A DNA stretch of 63,171 nucleotides, counting the filler, from Octopus bimaculoides (Eukaryota), in NCBI RefSeq assembly GCF_001194135.2. It is 5 parts of 4 records of this genome, joined end to end, with 100 filler letters (N's around TTAATTAATTAA, not from the genome) between each part and the next. Parts side by side here need not be neighbours in the genome. Positions count along the whole stretch, not along the records: positions 46,569 to 60,107 come from NC_068992.1; positions 60,208 to 63,171 come from NC_068989.1; 3 more parts are not named here. The stretch is one strand, 5' to 3'. The position numbers and the translations under genes are program-made. How positions within the stretch are numbered: the stretch's first letter is position 1; each line of letters begins with the position of its first letter. Under the pieces are notes generated by a model. The model did not search any database and had not been told where the DNA came from. It saw only the letters and a program-made list of their open reading frames with translations. Positions 50,992-62,428 of the stretch are shown piece by piece.

Positions 50992-51182
50992 TTTGTGTGT
51001 GTGTGGGGGGGTCCGAAACTGATTACAGTCTGTTCACGTAAAAGGAAAGATGTTTTGTTTAACTCATTCATAAATGTATTCTGAGGTATTTATTCGTGAA
51101 AATATAATTGCTTTCTATAGCTTTAATGAGTAGGCGTTTGCTACGTAGGTGTAACATATATATGTCTATGTGTGTGTGTGTG

Positions 51183-51223
<41 letters not shown>

Positions 51224-51774
51224 TATGTATACGTACATACATGCATACACACACACACACATTCATAAGTAGATATATTTATAGCACAACCGGACGAGAA
51301 TAGACGTAGGTGTTTAGCGTAGGCTGGGAGCATTAAGTTACGGATACAGTAGAGTGATTCTGCTAACAAGCGTGACAGAAATACAGGATTGATTGATATA
51401 GTAAGACTTTGACTTCAACTCTTAAGTGAGCATATTTCCTCATCTACCAATATCTGTTCAACTGACGAATGATGTTATTTATTTATACATAACAGCATTT
51501 TGAAATCCCATTCCAGTTCGTGAAAATGTATTTAATAACTTCCTAACTACTTGTTTCCTGCCGTCATGATTTGTCTCAGTGGCTAATTTATTATTAAACA
51601 TACTAAGGCACTCCGTTGGTTACGACGACGAGGGTTCCAGTTGATCCGATCAATGGAACAACCTGCACGTGAAATTAACGTGCAAGTTGCTGAGCACTTC
51701 ATCTAATTGACTGGCCTCCTCCCCCAAAAGTTCGGGCCTTGTGCCTAAAGTAGAAAAGAATATCAGTTTATTTA

Positions 51775-51935
51775 TTCGTCAGTCTTTACGTTCTGAGTTC
51801 AAATTCCACCGAGGACGACTGCCTTTCATCCTTTCGGGGTCGATAAATTCAGTACCAGTTTCATACTGGGGTCGATCTAATCAAATGGCTTACTTCCCAC
51901 AAATTTTGGGCCCTGTGCCTAGAGTAGAAAATAAT
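51775..51935 (+). mobile_element. SINE family B
   Basis: GTCTTTACGTTCTGAGTTCAAATTCCACCGAGG...GGGGTCGATCTAATC...GGCCCTGTGCCTAG. Confidence 0.8.
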
Positions 51936-52397
51936 ATTAATTTATTTATTATTTCTATACCAAATATGGCTTATAAGGGGCAGGTATGGCTGTACGCTTG
52001 AGAAGTTTCCTTTGCCACCACGTTGTACGCGAGTATTTCTTGAATACCTCAAGGAGTTACAACCTTAATGGTTGTTATTCAGCCACTCATGTCAGGGAAA
52101 TGGGGAAATGGAACCAACCTTCATAAACTTGTGTATTTTCCTGTGGGTATACAGTAGCTCCACCTGTATTATAGAAAATATTCCTATAATTGTTTATGCA
52201 TCCATCCATTATTTTAAATTATAAAAGCTAACCAAATGCGATCGATTAATCCCTTAAACTATTGACTGACAACTTATTGCCGTTGCGGCTATTGTTGCAT
52301 AATTAAAATTGCTAAAAACAACAATTAGCGAAATGAAATTTTTTTTTCTCTTGTTCTAGGCAGCATGTATTTAATATTTTTTTTCTTTCCTATTGTA

Positions 52398-52432
<35 letters not shown>

Positions 52433-52853
52433 ACTTTTCAATAATCGGTAGTGTTAGACCGGGAAATTTTAATTAATAAAAAATGCCCCCATAGTAATGA
52501 TACTAATCGTTTAGAAGTATTATAGATCAAAAGATAATTACTAACAATATTGAACTGTGGGCGATCGGCTTCAGGTGATATAAATAGCATTACAGGAAGG
52601 AAGTATAAACGTAGGTGCAAAGAGTTGGCTGCCAGCGTTGGCTGCAGTCACGATGGAATGGTTCCGCTAACAGCTATTACAGAAATACGTCATTAATGGC
52701 TATTAAAATAATGATTTTTCAATCCCAATACTAGTGGAAGCATTTTCTAATCTATCAAGCGCTATTTAACCAAATTGGATTAGCCATATCCGTGATCGTT
52801 CGTAATAACTACTGGAGCATTATGGGGAAAAAAATATTTATAATTTTCACATA

Positions 52854-53330
52854 TAGGCGTAGGATGAATGCGTGGTGATGAAACTCGCGTTGTAACCACT
52901 TGGTCTCACGTTCAGTCCCATTGCATATCTCACGTTCAGTCCCATTGCATGACTGGTGTCATCTACTACTGTCCCAGACCGACCAATCCATTGTGAGTAA
53001 ATTTGACGGACAGGAAAAAACCCTCCTATATGTGTGCGCGTGTGTGGGAGTGAGTCTGTGTGTGTGTATGTCTGTGTTTGCGCGTGAGTGTTTTCTGTGC
53101 GTGCGAGAATATTTGTGTCTGTATTTTGTACCCACCAGACCACTTTGGAAGCCGGTGACGGTTTGCTTCCATCGCTGTAATTTAGCTGTTCGACAAAGAT
53201 GCCGACAGAATAAGTGCCGATAGAATTGAAATATACAGCAGTTGATTTGTTCAACTATTTCCCTTCAAAGCGGTGCCCCAGTATGGCCTCCATTGAAATA
53301 ACTGCAGTTACTAACAGACAAATGCCCAGC
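52854..53330 (+). mobile_element. SINE family A, full length but old; 23-bp tandem duplication in the B-box region
   Basis: TCTCACGTTCAGTCCCATTGCAT x2; central TG repeat; tail GCGGTGCCCCAGTATGGCC. Confidence 0.7.
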
Positions 53331-53420
53331 GATATAACACAATTTTTAATTCTATTCAACGTTATGGAAATGTATCTAATAATTTCCTATTTGCTACTAT
53401 TTCCTTATGAATAGATTTGT

Positions 53421-53602
53421 TTCAAATTTTGGCACATGGCCAGCGATTTCCGAGGAGGGTTAAATCGAATACATAAATCCCAGTACTCGACTTGTAATTA
53501 TTTTATCGACCCTGAACGAATGAAAAGTAAAGCCGACTTTGGCGGAATTTGAACTCCGAACGTAAAGACAGACAAGACGCCACTAAGCATTTTTCCCGAC
53601 GC
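53421..53602 (-). mobile_element. SINE family B (inverted partner of 53636-53847)
   Basis: CGACTTTGGCGGAATTTGAACTCCGAACGTAAAGACAGAC is the reverse complement of the family B core. Confidence 0.8.
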
Positions 53603-53635
53603 TTTATTTCCATACTAATATATTGCAATTGAGTT

Positions 53636-53847
53636 ATAAAGCAGTGAGCTGGTAGAATCGCCAGCACGCCGTGAAAAAGACTTAGCAACATTTCACCTGT
53701 CTTTGCATCCTCGGTTCGAATTCCACTACGGTCGACTTTGCTTTCATTCTTTCGAGTGCAATAAAATAAGTACCAGATGCGCAATGAGTTCGCTGTAATC
53801 GACTTACACATTCTCCAAACGTTGCTGGCCTAGTGCCAGAAATTGAA
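53636..53847 (+). mobile_element. SINE family B, full length
   Basis: GAGCTGGTAGAATCG head, GGTTCGAATTCC B-box, AAGTACCAG, GCTGGCCTAGTGCC tail. Confidence 0.8.
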
Positions 53848-53904
53848 AAAAAACCAATGTATTACAAGGAAATATTTAATGTGCATGATTAAAGGCTGCT
53901 AGAA

Positions 53905-54170
53905 GTGCATGCATAGCAGTGTGGTTAACAAGCTTGCTTTACAACTACATAGTCATGGGTTCAATCACACTGTCTGGCACTTATGAGGATTATCTTCTAT
54001 TGGAACCACAAACCGAGCAACGCCTTGGGTGTAAATTTCATAGACAGAAACCGTGTTTGTGTTTATTTCTTCACCCCTGCCCACCACTTTAGAGCAGGTG
54101 ATGTTTTGTTTATATCTCCATAACATAGCGGTCCAGCAAAATACACCGATGGCAGAAATACCAAACTTTA
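53905..54170 (+). mobile_element. SINE family A, old and diverged
   Basis: GTGTGGTTAACAAGCTTGC...GGGTTCAATC...ATAACATAGCGGTCCAGCAAAA. Confidence 0.6.
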
Positions 54171-54177
54171 ATATATT

Positions 54178-54224
<47 letters not shown>

Positions 54225-54229
<5 letters not shown>

Positions 54230-54768
54230 GGTACAGGACACGTAACATAAGGAACATCCCTTCATTAGTTGTCGGCTGCCTATCTACTCCTCATTTCGAT
54301 ATATATACGTGCATATATGGGTACAGGAAATACGTAAACAAACGAGTTAAATACGTAAGCAACGAAAAAAAATATTGAAAACAGGACAAGTAAACACAGA
54401 GAAATGACCCTTCATCAGTTGTGGGTTGTCTATCTTCTCCTCATTTCGAGCATTCAACAACAATATGAGTCTTCAAAGACAGTTGCTCCCATAAATTCTA
54501 AACTAAAATTTAGGATTTATGGAGGGTCAAAGTTGGGAACAAAAACATGACAATGGAGACATACAAGGAAACCGAACGAAAACAAACAAGAGGGTCGTTA
54601 GATCAGAACGAGAGGAAAATAGTGAACAATGGGAGAAACATTTTTTTCTTTTAAAGAGAGCGAAGATAGGAGAGAGAGAGAAAAACACGTCCGTTCTTTT
54701 GAACGTCCGTGCAAGAAAAGAAAGGTGGTCACGTGAGGAAAAGAAAGATGGATCACGGTCACCTGTGA

Positions 54769-54770
<2 letters not shown>
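54225..54770. repeat. Unclassified repeat with partial tandem duplication (possibly Penelope terminal-repeat derived)
   Basis: TATGGGTACAGGA...CCCTTCATYAGTTGT...CTCCTCATTTCGA occurs at 54226-54300 and again at 54316-54450. Confidence 0.35.
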
Positions 54771-54812
<42 letters not shown>

Positions 54813-56017
54813 NNNNNNNNNNNNNNNNNNNNNNNNNNNNNNNNNNNNNNNNNNNNNNNNNNNNNNNNNNNNNNNNNNNNNNNNNNNNNNNNNNNNNNNN
54901 NNNNNNNNNNNNNNNNNNNNNNNNNNNNNNNNNNNNNNNNNNNNNNNNNNNNNNNNNNNNNNNNNNNNNNNNNNNNNNNNNNNNNNNNNNNNNNNNNNNN
55001 NNNNNNNNNNNNNNNNNNNNNNNNNNNNNNNNNNNNNNNNNNNNNNNNNNNNNNNNNNNNNNNNNNNNNNNNNNNNNNNNNNNNNNNNNNNNNNNNNNNN
55101 NNNNNNNNNNNNNNNNNNNNNNNNNNNNNNNNNNNNNNNNNNNNNNNNNNNNNNNNNNNNNNNNNNNNNNNNNNNNNNNNNNNNNNNNNNNNNNNNNNNN
55201 NNNNNNNNNNNNNNNNNNNNNNNNNNNNNNNNNNNNNNNNNNNNNNNNNNNNNNNNNNNNNNNNNNNNNNNNNNNNNNNNNNNNNNNNNNNNNNNNNNNN
55301 NNNNNNNNNNNNNNNNNNNNNNNNNNNNNNNNNNNNNNNNNNNNNNNNNNNNNNNNNNNNNNNNNNNNNNNNNNNNNNNNNNNNNNNNNNNNNNNNNNNN
55401 NNNNNNNNNNNNNNNNNNNNNNNNNNNNNNNNNNNNNNNNNNNNNNNNNNNNNNNNNNNNNNNNNNNNNNNNNNNNNNNNNNNNNNNNNNNNNNNNNNNN
55501 NNNNNNNNNNNNNNNNNNNNNNNNNNNNNNNNNNNNNNNNNNNNNNNNNGAGGAAGAGAAAGAGAGGAAGAGAAAGAGAGTGAGAGAGAGGGAAGAGGGG
55601 TATGGGGGGGAGTCGATTTGTTGGATCAAATCGTGCAAGGTTGTATGCCACCATCGCTGCAGTCAGACGACTGAAAAAGTCAAATGAAAACTATTTTAAG
55701 TATTAGAAACTGGAAATATGACGCATCAGTTTGTAAGAAGCATGGACAATTAGAGCAAAGCAAGGTGTCTTATTTGTGTAACTGATATCTTTACCGATCA
55801 CTGATTCAAATATTTTTCTCTCTCTTTTTCTATCTTTCTCACACAGACACACAAAGAAAAACATAAGCCGTCACACAAACATACAGTAACACTCACATAA
55901 CAAACAGATACGCATATACACAAACGGTTTCTCTCTTTCTCTTTCTATCTATCTATCTCTCCATCTGTTTATCTCTCTCTGACTCTCTCTGTCTTTCTGT
56001 CTGTCTCTCTCATCCTC

Positions 56018-56054
<37 letters not shown>

Positions 56055-56714
56055 CACACACAAACATACACCCACTGTTCCAGGCCACCAAGGGAACTCT
56101 CAGCCGATAACTCACTTGGTCCGTCAGAATGGTCGATCGATTCTAAAATTGTACCCAAGTCTCCTTGAAAGCACAATATTGCAACCATATCTAAAATTGT
56201 TAATCTAGTCCTAATCATACTGTGTCTAAAAGTAAAACTTGAGATCGTCATATTTGGAATTGGAATTTGATCTCCTCATCATTCGGAAAAAGAACGTTAT
56301 CAGGAAGTAAAAAAGCCGGAAGAAATACCGCTAAGTATTTTCACCGGTGTCGTGTTAACGATTCTGCTAAATAATAGCCTATTGGAACTTGTATCAAACA
56401 ATTACATTTAATTTTTCCTTTTCCTTTACTAATATTATTAAACGTGTGAGTGTGTCTATGTGTGTGCCTCTATATATCCTGTGTGTGCCCTTGTATATAC
56501 TGTATACACAGTATGTACTTGATGAAGCAAGCGTAGGTGGACAGTAAGTTAATTAGGGCTTCTGCTATATTTTAACCATGGTGTGTGTTAAAACTCTGGC
56601 GTTTGTGTTATATTATATTAAATATTAAAACTAAATTTATTGAAATTGATTTAATTTATAAATTTTAAGTTAATGTATTTTTTTCTATTTTCAGGTAATC
56701 CAGTGAAACGACAA

Positions 56715-57110
56715 TGTTTTTTTTAAATTTAGGCATAAAGCCAATAATTTTTGTGGGAATGCGTGGGTCGATTACATCGACTCCACTTCTTAGCTGGTAC
56801 ATACATATTTCGACCCCGGGTAGATGAAAGGCAAAATCGACCTCAGTGAAATTTGATCTCAGACCAAGAAGAAATGCTGCTAACCATTTTGTTCAACTTG
56901 CTAGTAATTCTACCAGGTCGATACTTTATTTAGAGAAACCATAATTCTTCCGTAATACAGGCCCAAGGCCCGAAATTATGGTTGCAGGGGTATTGTTGAT
57001 TGCATCAACCGCAGTGTTCAGCTGATATTTATTTATCAACCCCGAAAAGATGGAAGCATTATTGACTTCAGCGAAATTTTAACTCTGAAAGTGGCGGAAG
57101 AGACTCTGCT
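56715..57110 (-). mobile_element. Two adjacent SINE family B copies
   Basis: GTCGATTACATCGAC...GGTAC...GACCCCG...GCAAAATCGACCTCAGTGAAATTTGA (56715-56900), repeated at 56955-57110. Confidence 0.7.
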
Positions 57111-57150
57111 AAAGGGTTCATTCATTTTGCTACGGATTCCAAGGGGTCAT

Positions 57151-57315
57151 CTTTACATTACTTTACATTATTTACATTTGACGGATACTTGTCCTCATTT
57201 TGCTTGTTGTTAACACAACGTTTCGGCTGATATACCTTCCAGTCTTCATCAGGTGTCTTGGGGAAATTTCGAACCTGGGTTCTCATTCCTAAGGTATTTT
57301 TCGGTGTTATTATTA

Positions 57316-57346
<31 letters not shown>

Positions 57347-57423
57347 ACAGATCACTGCCTGGAATCGAACTCAGAATCTTGGGGTTAGTAGCCCGCGTTC
57401 TTAACCACTACGCCTAATGCCCG
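57151..57423 (-). mobile_element. tRNA-headed SINE-like element carrying a hammerhead ribozyme
   Basis: A-box GGCGTAGTGG, 7-nt anticodon-like loop, B-box GAGTTCGATTCC, (AAT)n linker, HHR body, (TAATGTAAAG)-type tail. Confidence 0.75.
57212..57257 (-). ncRNA. Minimal type I hammerhead ribozyme
   Basis: GACAC CTGATGA A GACTG GAAGGTATAT CAGCC GAAA CG TT GTGTT: 5-bp stem I, stem II with one A-C mismatch, palindromic ACGU stem III. Confidence 0.72.
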
Positions 57424-57515
57424 ATGAAATAAGTACAGGTTATCAATGGGATCGATGTAATCGACTAGGCCACTTCCTCCAAATTTCAGGCCTTGTGCCT
57501 ATAACAGAAAATATA
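57424..57515 (+). mobile_element. SINE family B, 3' part
   Basis: GATGAAATAAGTAC...GATCGATGTAATCGACT...GGCCTTGTGCC. Confidence 0.7.
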
Positions 57516-58704
57516 TTAATGGATGAAGTTGCTTCATATTTACAACAGCTCAATCCCCATGACCTCATATTCACCAAGATGGCCTTCACCTCACGTTACT
57601 AAAGGGCAGACTGTAAGTATTGCACTGAAGGATTTTCCGAGCAAGGAATCAAGCAACAAGGTTCTACTTATTGCACCGCAATATTAATTGACATTACTCC
57701 AAGTATTCATTCTTAGGGAGAATAATCAAGAATAAATTTATAATCGAAAACAACGATGAGCAGAGGATTTGCAGCAAACATTAACAAAGAACATGTGCAA
57801 ACATATTCGTCGAAATATTAAAGGTATGTTTTCAAAGTAAAATTTTAACGACAGCAGTATGAGCAGCTGCCTTCAGATAAAACAGCCAATTTTTTAGTAA
57901 TACACTGGAATAAGTTAATCATTTATATTTTATTACATAGAATTTTGTATGTTGTATCATGAGAAGATTAGACTCAATTTTATATAATGTAATCTGCAAA
58001 TAGACGGAAGTAATTTATTATATACTATCCTGCTGCTTTTTCTACTGCTTTTACATGCCTGTAACTTCGACGTTCGGCAAAAAGTGTCCGACGAAATAAG
58101 TTTCAAGTTTAAAATAATTTCTAGGGTCGAATTATTACATCAAACACTCCAGGATGACTGTAGAGGAATGATTGAAACAATAAAGATAAAAGGTATGTGC
58201 CTGTATATNNNNNNNNNNNNNNNNNNNNNNNNNNNNNNNNNNNNNNNNNNNNNNNNNNNNNNNNNNNNNNNNNNNNNNNNNNNNNNNNNNNNNNNNNNNN
58301 NNNNNNNNNNNNNNNNNNNNNNNNNNNNNNNNNNNNNNNNNNNNNNNNNNNNNNNNNNNNNNNNNNNNNNNNNNNNNNNNNNNNNNNNNNNNNNNNNNNN
58401 NNNNNNNNNNNNNNNNNNNNNNNNNNNNNNNNNNNNNNNNNNNNNNNNNNNNNNNNNNNNNNNNNNNNNNNNNNNNNNNNNNNNNNNNNNNNNNNNNNNC
58501 AGGCAAATCCTTGTGTGTCAATGTGGTAAGCAGAAACTGAAAGAACCCCTTTTGTATAAATCAGTTTGTTTGTTTGTGCGTGTGTGTGTGTGTTGTTGTT
58601 GTTGTTGTTACTGTATGTGTGTGTTTATGAATAAAAATATACGTATACATCAATGCATGCATATGTGTGTGTAGTTAGTTAGATAGATAGATAGATAGAT
58701 AGAC

Positions 58705-58751
<47 letters not shown>

Positions 58752-58824
58752 CACAGAAAGAGATAGATGGTATATATATATATATATATATACACACAAA
58801 TGAGTATATATTTATGAGTGTGTG

Positions 58825-59015
58825 TGCTTGTGTTTGACAGCACCATCGTTTGACCAACGATGCTGGTTTGTTTAAATCACTGAAGTTATCCGTCCGGCAA
58901 AGTGTACCTGATGGAATAAGTATATGGTTTAAAAATGAATTCTAGGGTCGATTTGTGCGACCAAACACTTTAGGGCGTTGCTCCAGCAGGGCCGTATTCC
59001 AATGAGTGATTAAAA
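58825..59015 (+). mobile_element. SINE family A, 3' half (another at ~58055-58195)
   Basis: CGATGCTGGTTTGTTT...CGGCAAAG...GAATAAGTA...GGGTCGATTTG...GCTCCAGCAGGGCCG. Confidence 0.7.
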
Positions 59016-59112
59016 AAACAAGATATGTATGTGTATGTGTGTGTCTGTCTACATGTGTATGTGTATGTATATATATGTGTGTGTGTTTGTGTGTGTGTCT
59101 GTGTGTCTGTGC

Positions 59113-59143
<31 letters not shown>

Positions 59144-59167
59144 TGTTACATGCCTATNNNNNNNNNN

Positions 59168-59219
<52 letters not shown>

Positions 59220-60062
59220 TAAGTATGTATGTATAGATCTAAGCAATATTAATTAATTAAAACTACACGTATAGCAATAACGAATGAACCAGTCGTTGTT
59301 CTGATGAATTCATTCATGAAAATATAATTGTTTTCCTTACTGAACTATCACATTTTGTACTATGTTGACGCCTACGTTTTACCTTCATCCTGTTCAGCTA
59401 TGTACTAACATAACATCATCGGACGAATAAAAAGACGTAGGCGTTAGGCGTGGGCTGTAAGCGTTTGTCGCGGACATAACGGAATGTCTTCCTTAACAAG
59501 CGTGACCGAAATATATTATTCACGGATATAGTAAAATTTTCTGTTGATTTACAAGTAAAAGTATGTTCTCCATCTATCAATATCTATTCAACCGAATGAG
59601 ATTAATAATATCCGTGATCGTTCGTAATAATTATTGGAGCATCATCGCAACGCAAATAATGTTATTTATTTATACATAACAGTATTTTAAAATCCATTGC
59701 CAGTTCCAAGAGTGTATTTATAACAATTTCCTCCTGTTTATTTAGCCGCTATTTCCCTGCTAACATATACCGCTGAGTTATTAATTTATTATTAAATATA
59801 TTCATGATACTCTAAATGTTTAATTCTGTGAATAAATCTCATGTTTCCTCCGTTCCTGTAAAGCATAGACAATATCGCCAATTCGTGCCAGGCTATTTAT
59901 TAGTTTTACTAACACTAAATCAATAAAATATCTTTCTCATTTTCTCTCTATCTTTCGTTATCACTTACCTCACAAGCACTCCATTATACCTACACACACA
60001 GACAAACACACACACACACATGCACACAAACATGGACACACACATGGATACACATGCACAGA

Positions 60063-60107
<45 letters not shown>

Positions 60108-60207
60108 NNNNNNNNNNNNNNNNNNNNNNNNNNNNNNNNNNNNNNNNNNNNTTAATTAATTAANNNNNNNNNNNNNNNNNNNNNNNNNNNNNNNNNNNNN
60201 NNNNNNN

Positions 60208-60983
60208 CTCCTTCATTTTCTACAACGCTCTTCCATCTTTCTGATAGACTTGCAAGGCCCCTCTTCCAAAATTCACTTGTCCGCGATGAAAAATACTCTT
60301 CCACTACTGTTTTGACCCCCTCTGCAGAATTCATATTTTCTTCGTCCAAAGGATTTTGAAGACTGCGGAATAAATGATAATCAGATGGGGCAATGACTGG
60401 CGAATATGGTGGGTGGGGCATCGTTTCCCATTCAAACTGCTCCAGCCTTTGGAATACCATCCTTGCTGTGTGTGGCTGAGCATTAACCTGATGGAAGAAC
60501 ACCTTTCGTCTTGAAACCAAAGATGGTTGTTTTCCTTCTAGTGCTGACTTCAATGACTGGTTCAATGATCAAATCTAAGCTTCTCTGCTAGTTCCTCAAC
60601 AGTTACGGTGGGATTTTCTTCCACCAAGGTTTGCAAGACGTCCTCGTCGAGCTCTACAGATCTCCCAGGACGAGGTTCATCTAGGCTGTAGTTTCCGTCT
60701 CGGAACTTCTGGAACCACTCACATACTGCATTAATATTCCTCACACGTTCCGTTGCGTTGTTGCCTTTATTGAACTCATAAAGCAAAATATGCCGAATAT
60801 GCTCCTCTGTCACCTCCATTATAGCTTTAAAAAATATAACTGTTAAAATCGAACTGCACTCTTCAAAACTAGCATTAAGAATAAAGACAAGTTAAAATTA
60901 CTACCTGTTTTTATAGCAAGCTGATGCAGGTAGTTTATTCCATCCCCCTCCAAATTTTAGTTCATGCAATTGAAAAGACCCAA
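60208..60983 (-). mobile_element. Mariner (Hsmar1/cecropia-like) element, internally deleted transposase pseudogene
   Basis: HIRHILLYEFNKG, WFQKFRDG, PRPGR; HQVNAQPH, HPPYSPVIAPSDYHLFRSLQN, LSERWKSVV; TIR-like TA|TTGGGTC at 60983; middle of the ORF missing; 3' end in gap. Confidence 0.88.
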
Positions 60984-61524
60984 TACCTGGCCGTCTGTCT
61001 GTTTCTTTCTTCTCCCTCTCCATGCATTCATGAATGTTTGCACATGTTTGTATGTGTGTATATATGCGTTTATGCGTGTCTGTTTCTTCATTGTTATTTC
61101 TTCCTGAAAATTCTTTTTGCAGTGAGAACTTGGTTTCTAACAAATAAACTAGAATTTGAATAACAAGAACGATAATTGTAACAAATCAAACTTTCAGAAA
61201 GTCTCGTATATTTGTACAGTTTCACTTACAGAATATTTCTGTAAAATGTATGAGTTAGCGAGTCTCTTTCTTTGCTTGAAAAGTATATCTTCTCTAGATT
61301 TTGGCTTAGATATTTACTAACATAACCGAATACACCAATGAAAATATGTATAGATGTGAATTTATAATCGGAGTAGATTGAGCTGCAAATTTTGAAGTAG
61401 TTGTCCGTATTTATTCTCCTTCTCGCTGATTTTGGAAGAGATATTATTTACCATTTAAACTTGTCAATAAAATATAGAATAATTATGATATGGACGTTAA
61501 TTGTAAATATGTTAATATTCATTG

Positions 61525-61605
61525 CTGCTAAAGGCACAGGGCCTGAAATGTTGGAGGAGGGGACTAGTCGATTAGATCAGCTCTAGTGTTTTACTGGTAC
61601 TTAAT
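61525..61605 (-). mobile_element. SINE family B, 3' fragment
   Basis: GGCACAGGGCC...GACTAGTCGATTAGATC...ACTGGTACTTAATTT. Confidence 0.65.
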
Positions 61606-61607
61606 TT

Positions 61608-62139
61608 ACGTGGCAGTCACCGGGCAGAAACTGTTGTCATACCAAGTTCTTGCTCGGAATATTCTCAACTCTCGCACGGGATATGCTAATAACATTGGCT
61701 TATTTGATTTGTAGCTAAACGCTTGTCATCCATCACCATGTGGTGAGCACGGTCCATTTTTTTTTTCGATGGTAGCAGTTGTAGGACGTCCAGAATTTGG
61801 GTCATCTTCAAGACTCTCCGTTCCCACCTAAATTCACCTGCCCACTTTTGAGCATCAGCCCCCAATGGATCAATCATGTCAGCATGAATGTCGTTGAGGG
61901 TTAAACCCTTTTTTTCTTACAAGTACTTAATAACACCACGATGCCAAATTTTATCCATTTTTAAGAGGAATCACTATCAGTTATTTTTGAAATGTTTTTT
62001 GAACGGTCAGATGTCAGTTTACTAGGAAAGAAACAATGCAATTATTCACAAGAAAGGTTTCAAATTAATATATGTAAAATTTCACAGCTCTAGCATCACT
62101 CCTTCATAGTCAGCCTCTGAACTTTTCAGCCCATCCTCA
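61608..62139 (-). mobile_element. Mariner (Himar/irritans-like) 5' fragment, pseudogene
   Basis: TIR TA|TGAGGATGGGCTGAAAAGTT; MDKIWHRGVIKYL...KGLTLNDIHADM, LEDDPNSGRPTTAT, VSAR*LPR (decayed WVP motif) where it ends. Confidence 0.85.
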
Positions 62140-62380
62140 TATATCGTTGCTATGAAAAGTAGCACGTCAACATTTTGTAGCTGAACATGAATGACATCCC
62201 CCACAGAAGAGTGACACAATCCACACTTGTGCTTGCATGTCGGGATTTTATAAGGAATTGCGGATGGGGAGCTGCCCCTCCGTAATTTAGTTAGGGTGAG
62301 CTGCAGTCATCGTACGGTAACTGGAAAAGCATGAGAGACGTAATCTCTTAATTCAGCTCGTTGTGTCGTCTGCTTAGTGT

Positions 62381-62428
62381 CTGCGACTGATGAGGAGATA
62401 ACTACTCTGAAATGCAAGCATCTCACAG
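62381..62428 (+). ncRNA. Type I hammerhead ribozyme, complete conserved core
   Basis: CTGCGA CTGATGA GGAG ATAACTA CTCT GAAA TGC AA GCA TC TCACAG; AUC cleavage triplet, cut predicted after 62422; stem I extends to 62353/62454. Confidence 0.82.

Noticed and set aside
54400-54470. CTGATGAAGGG on the minus strand near a GAAA
   Set aside because: Could not build type I, II or III stems.
57352-57423. tRNA gene
   Set aside because: No intact acceptor stem or terminator; it is a SINE head, as are the other tRNA-like sequences in the window.
59298-59335. CTGATGA...GAAA
   Set aside because: Weak stem II, G at the cleavage position, no stem I; the paralogous copy at 51075 lacks the core.
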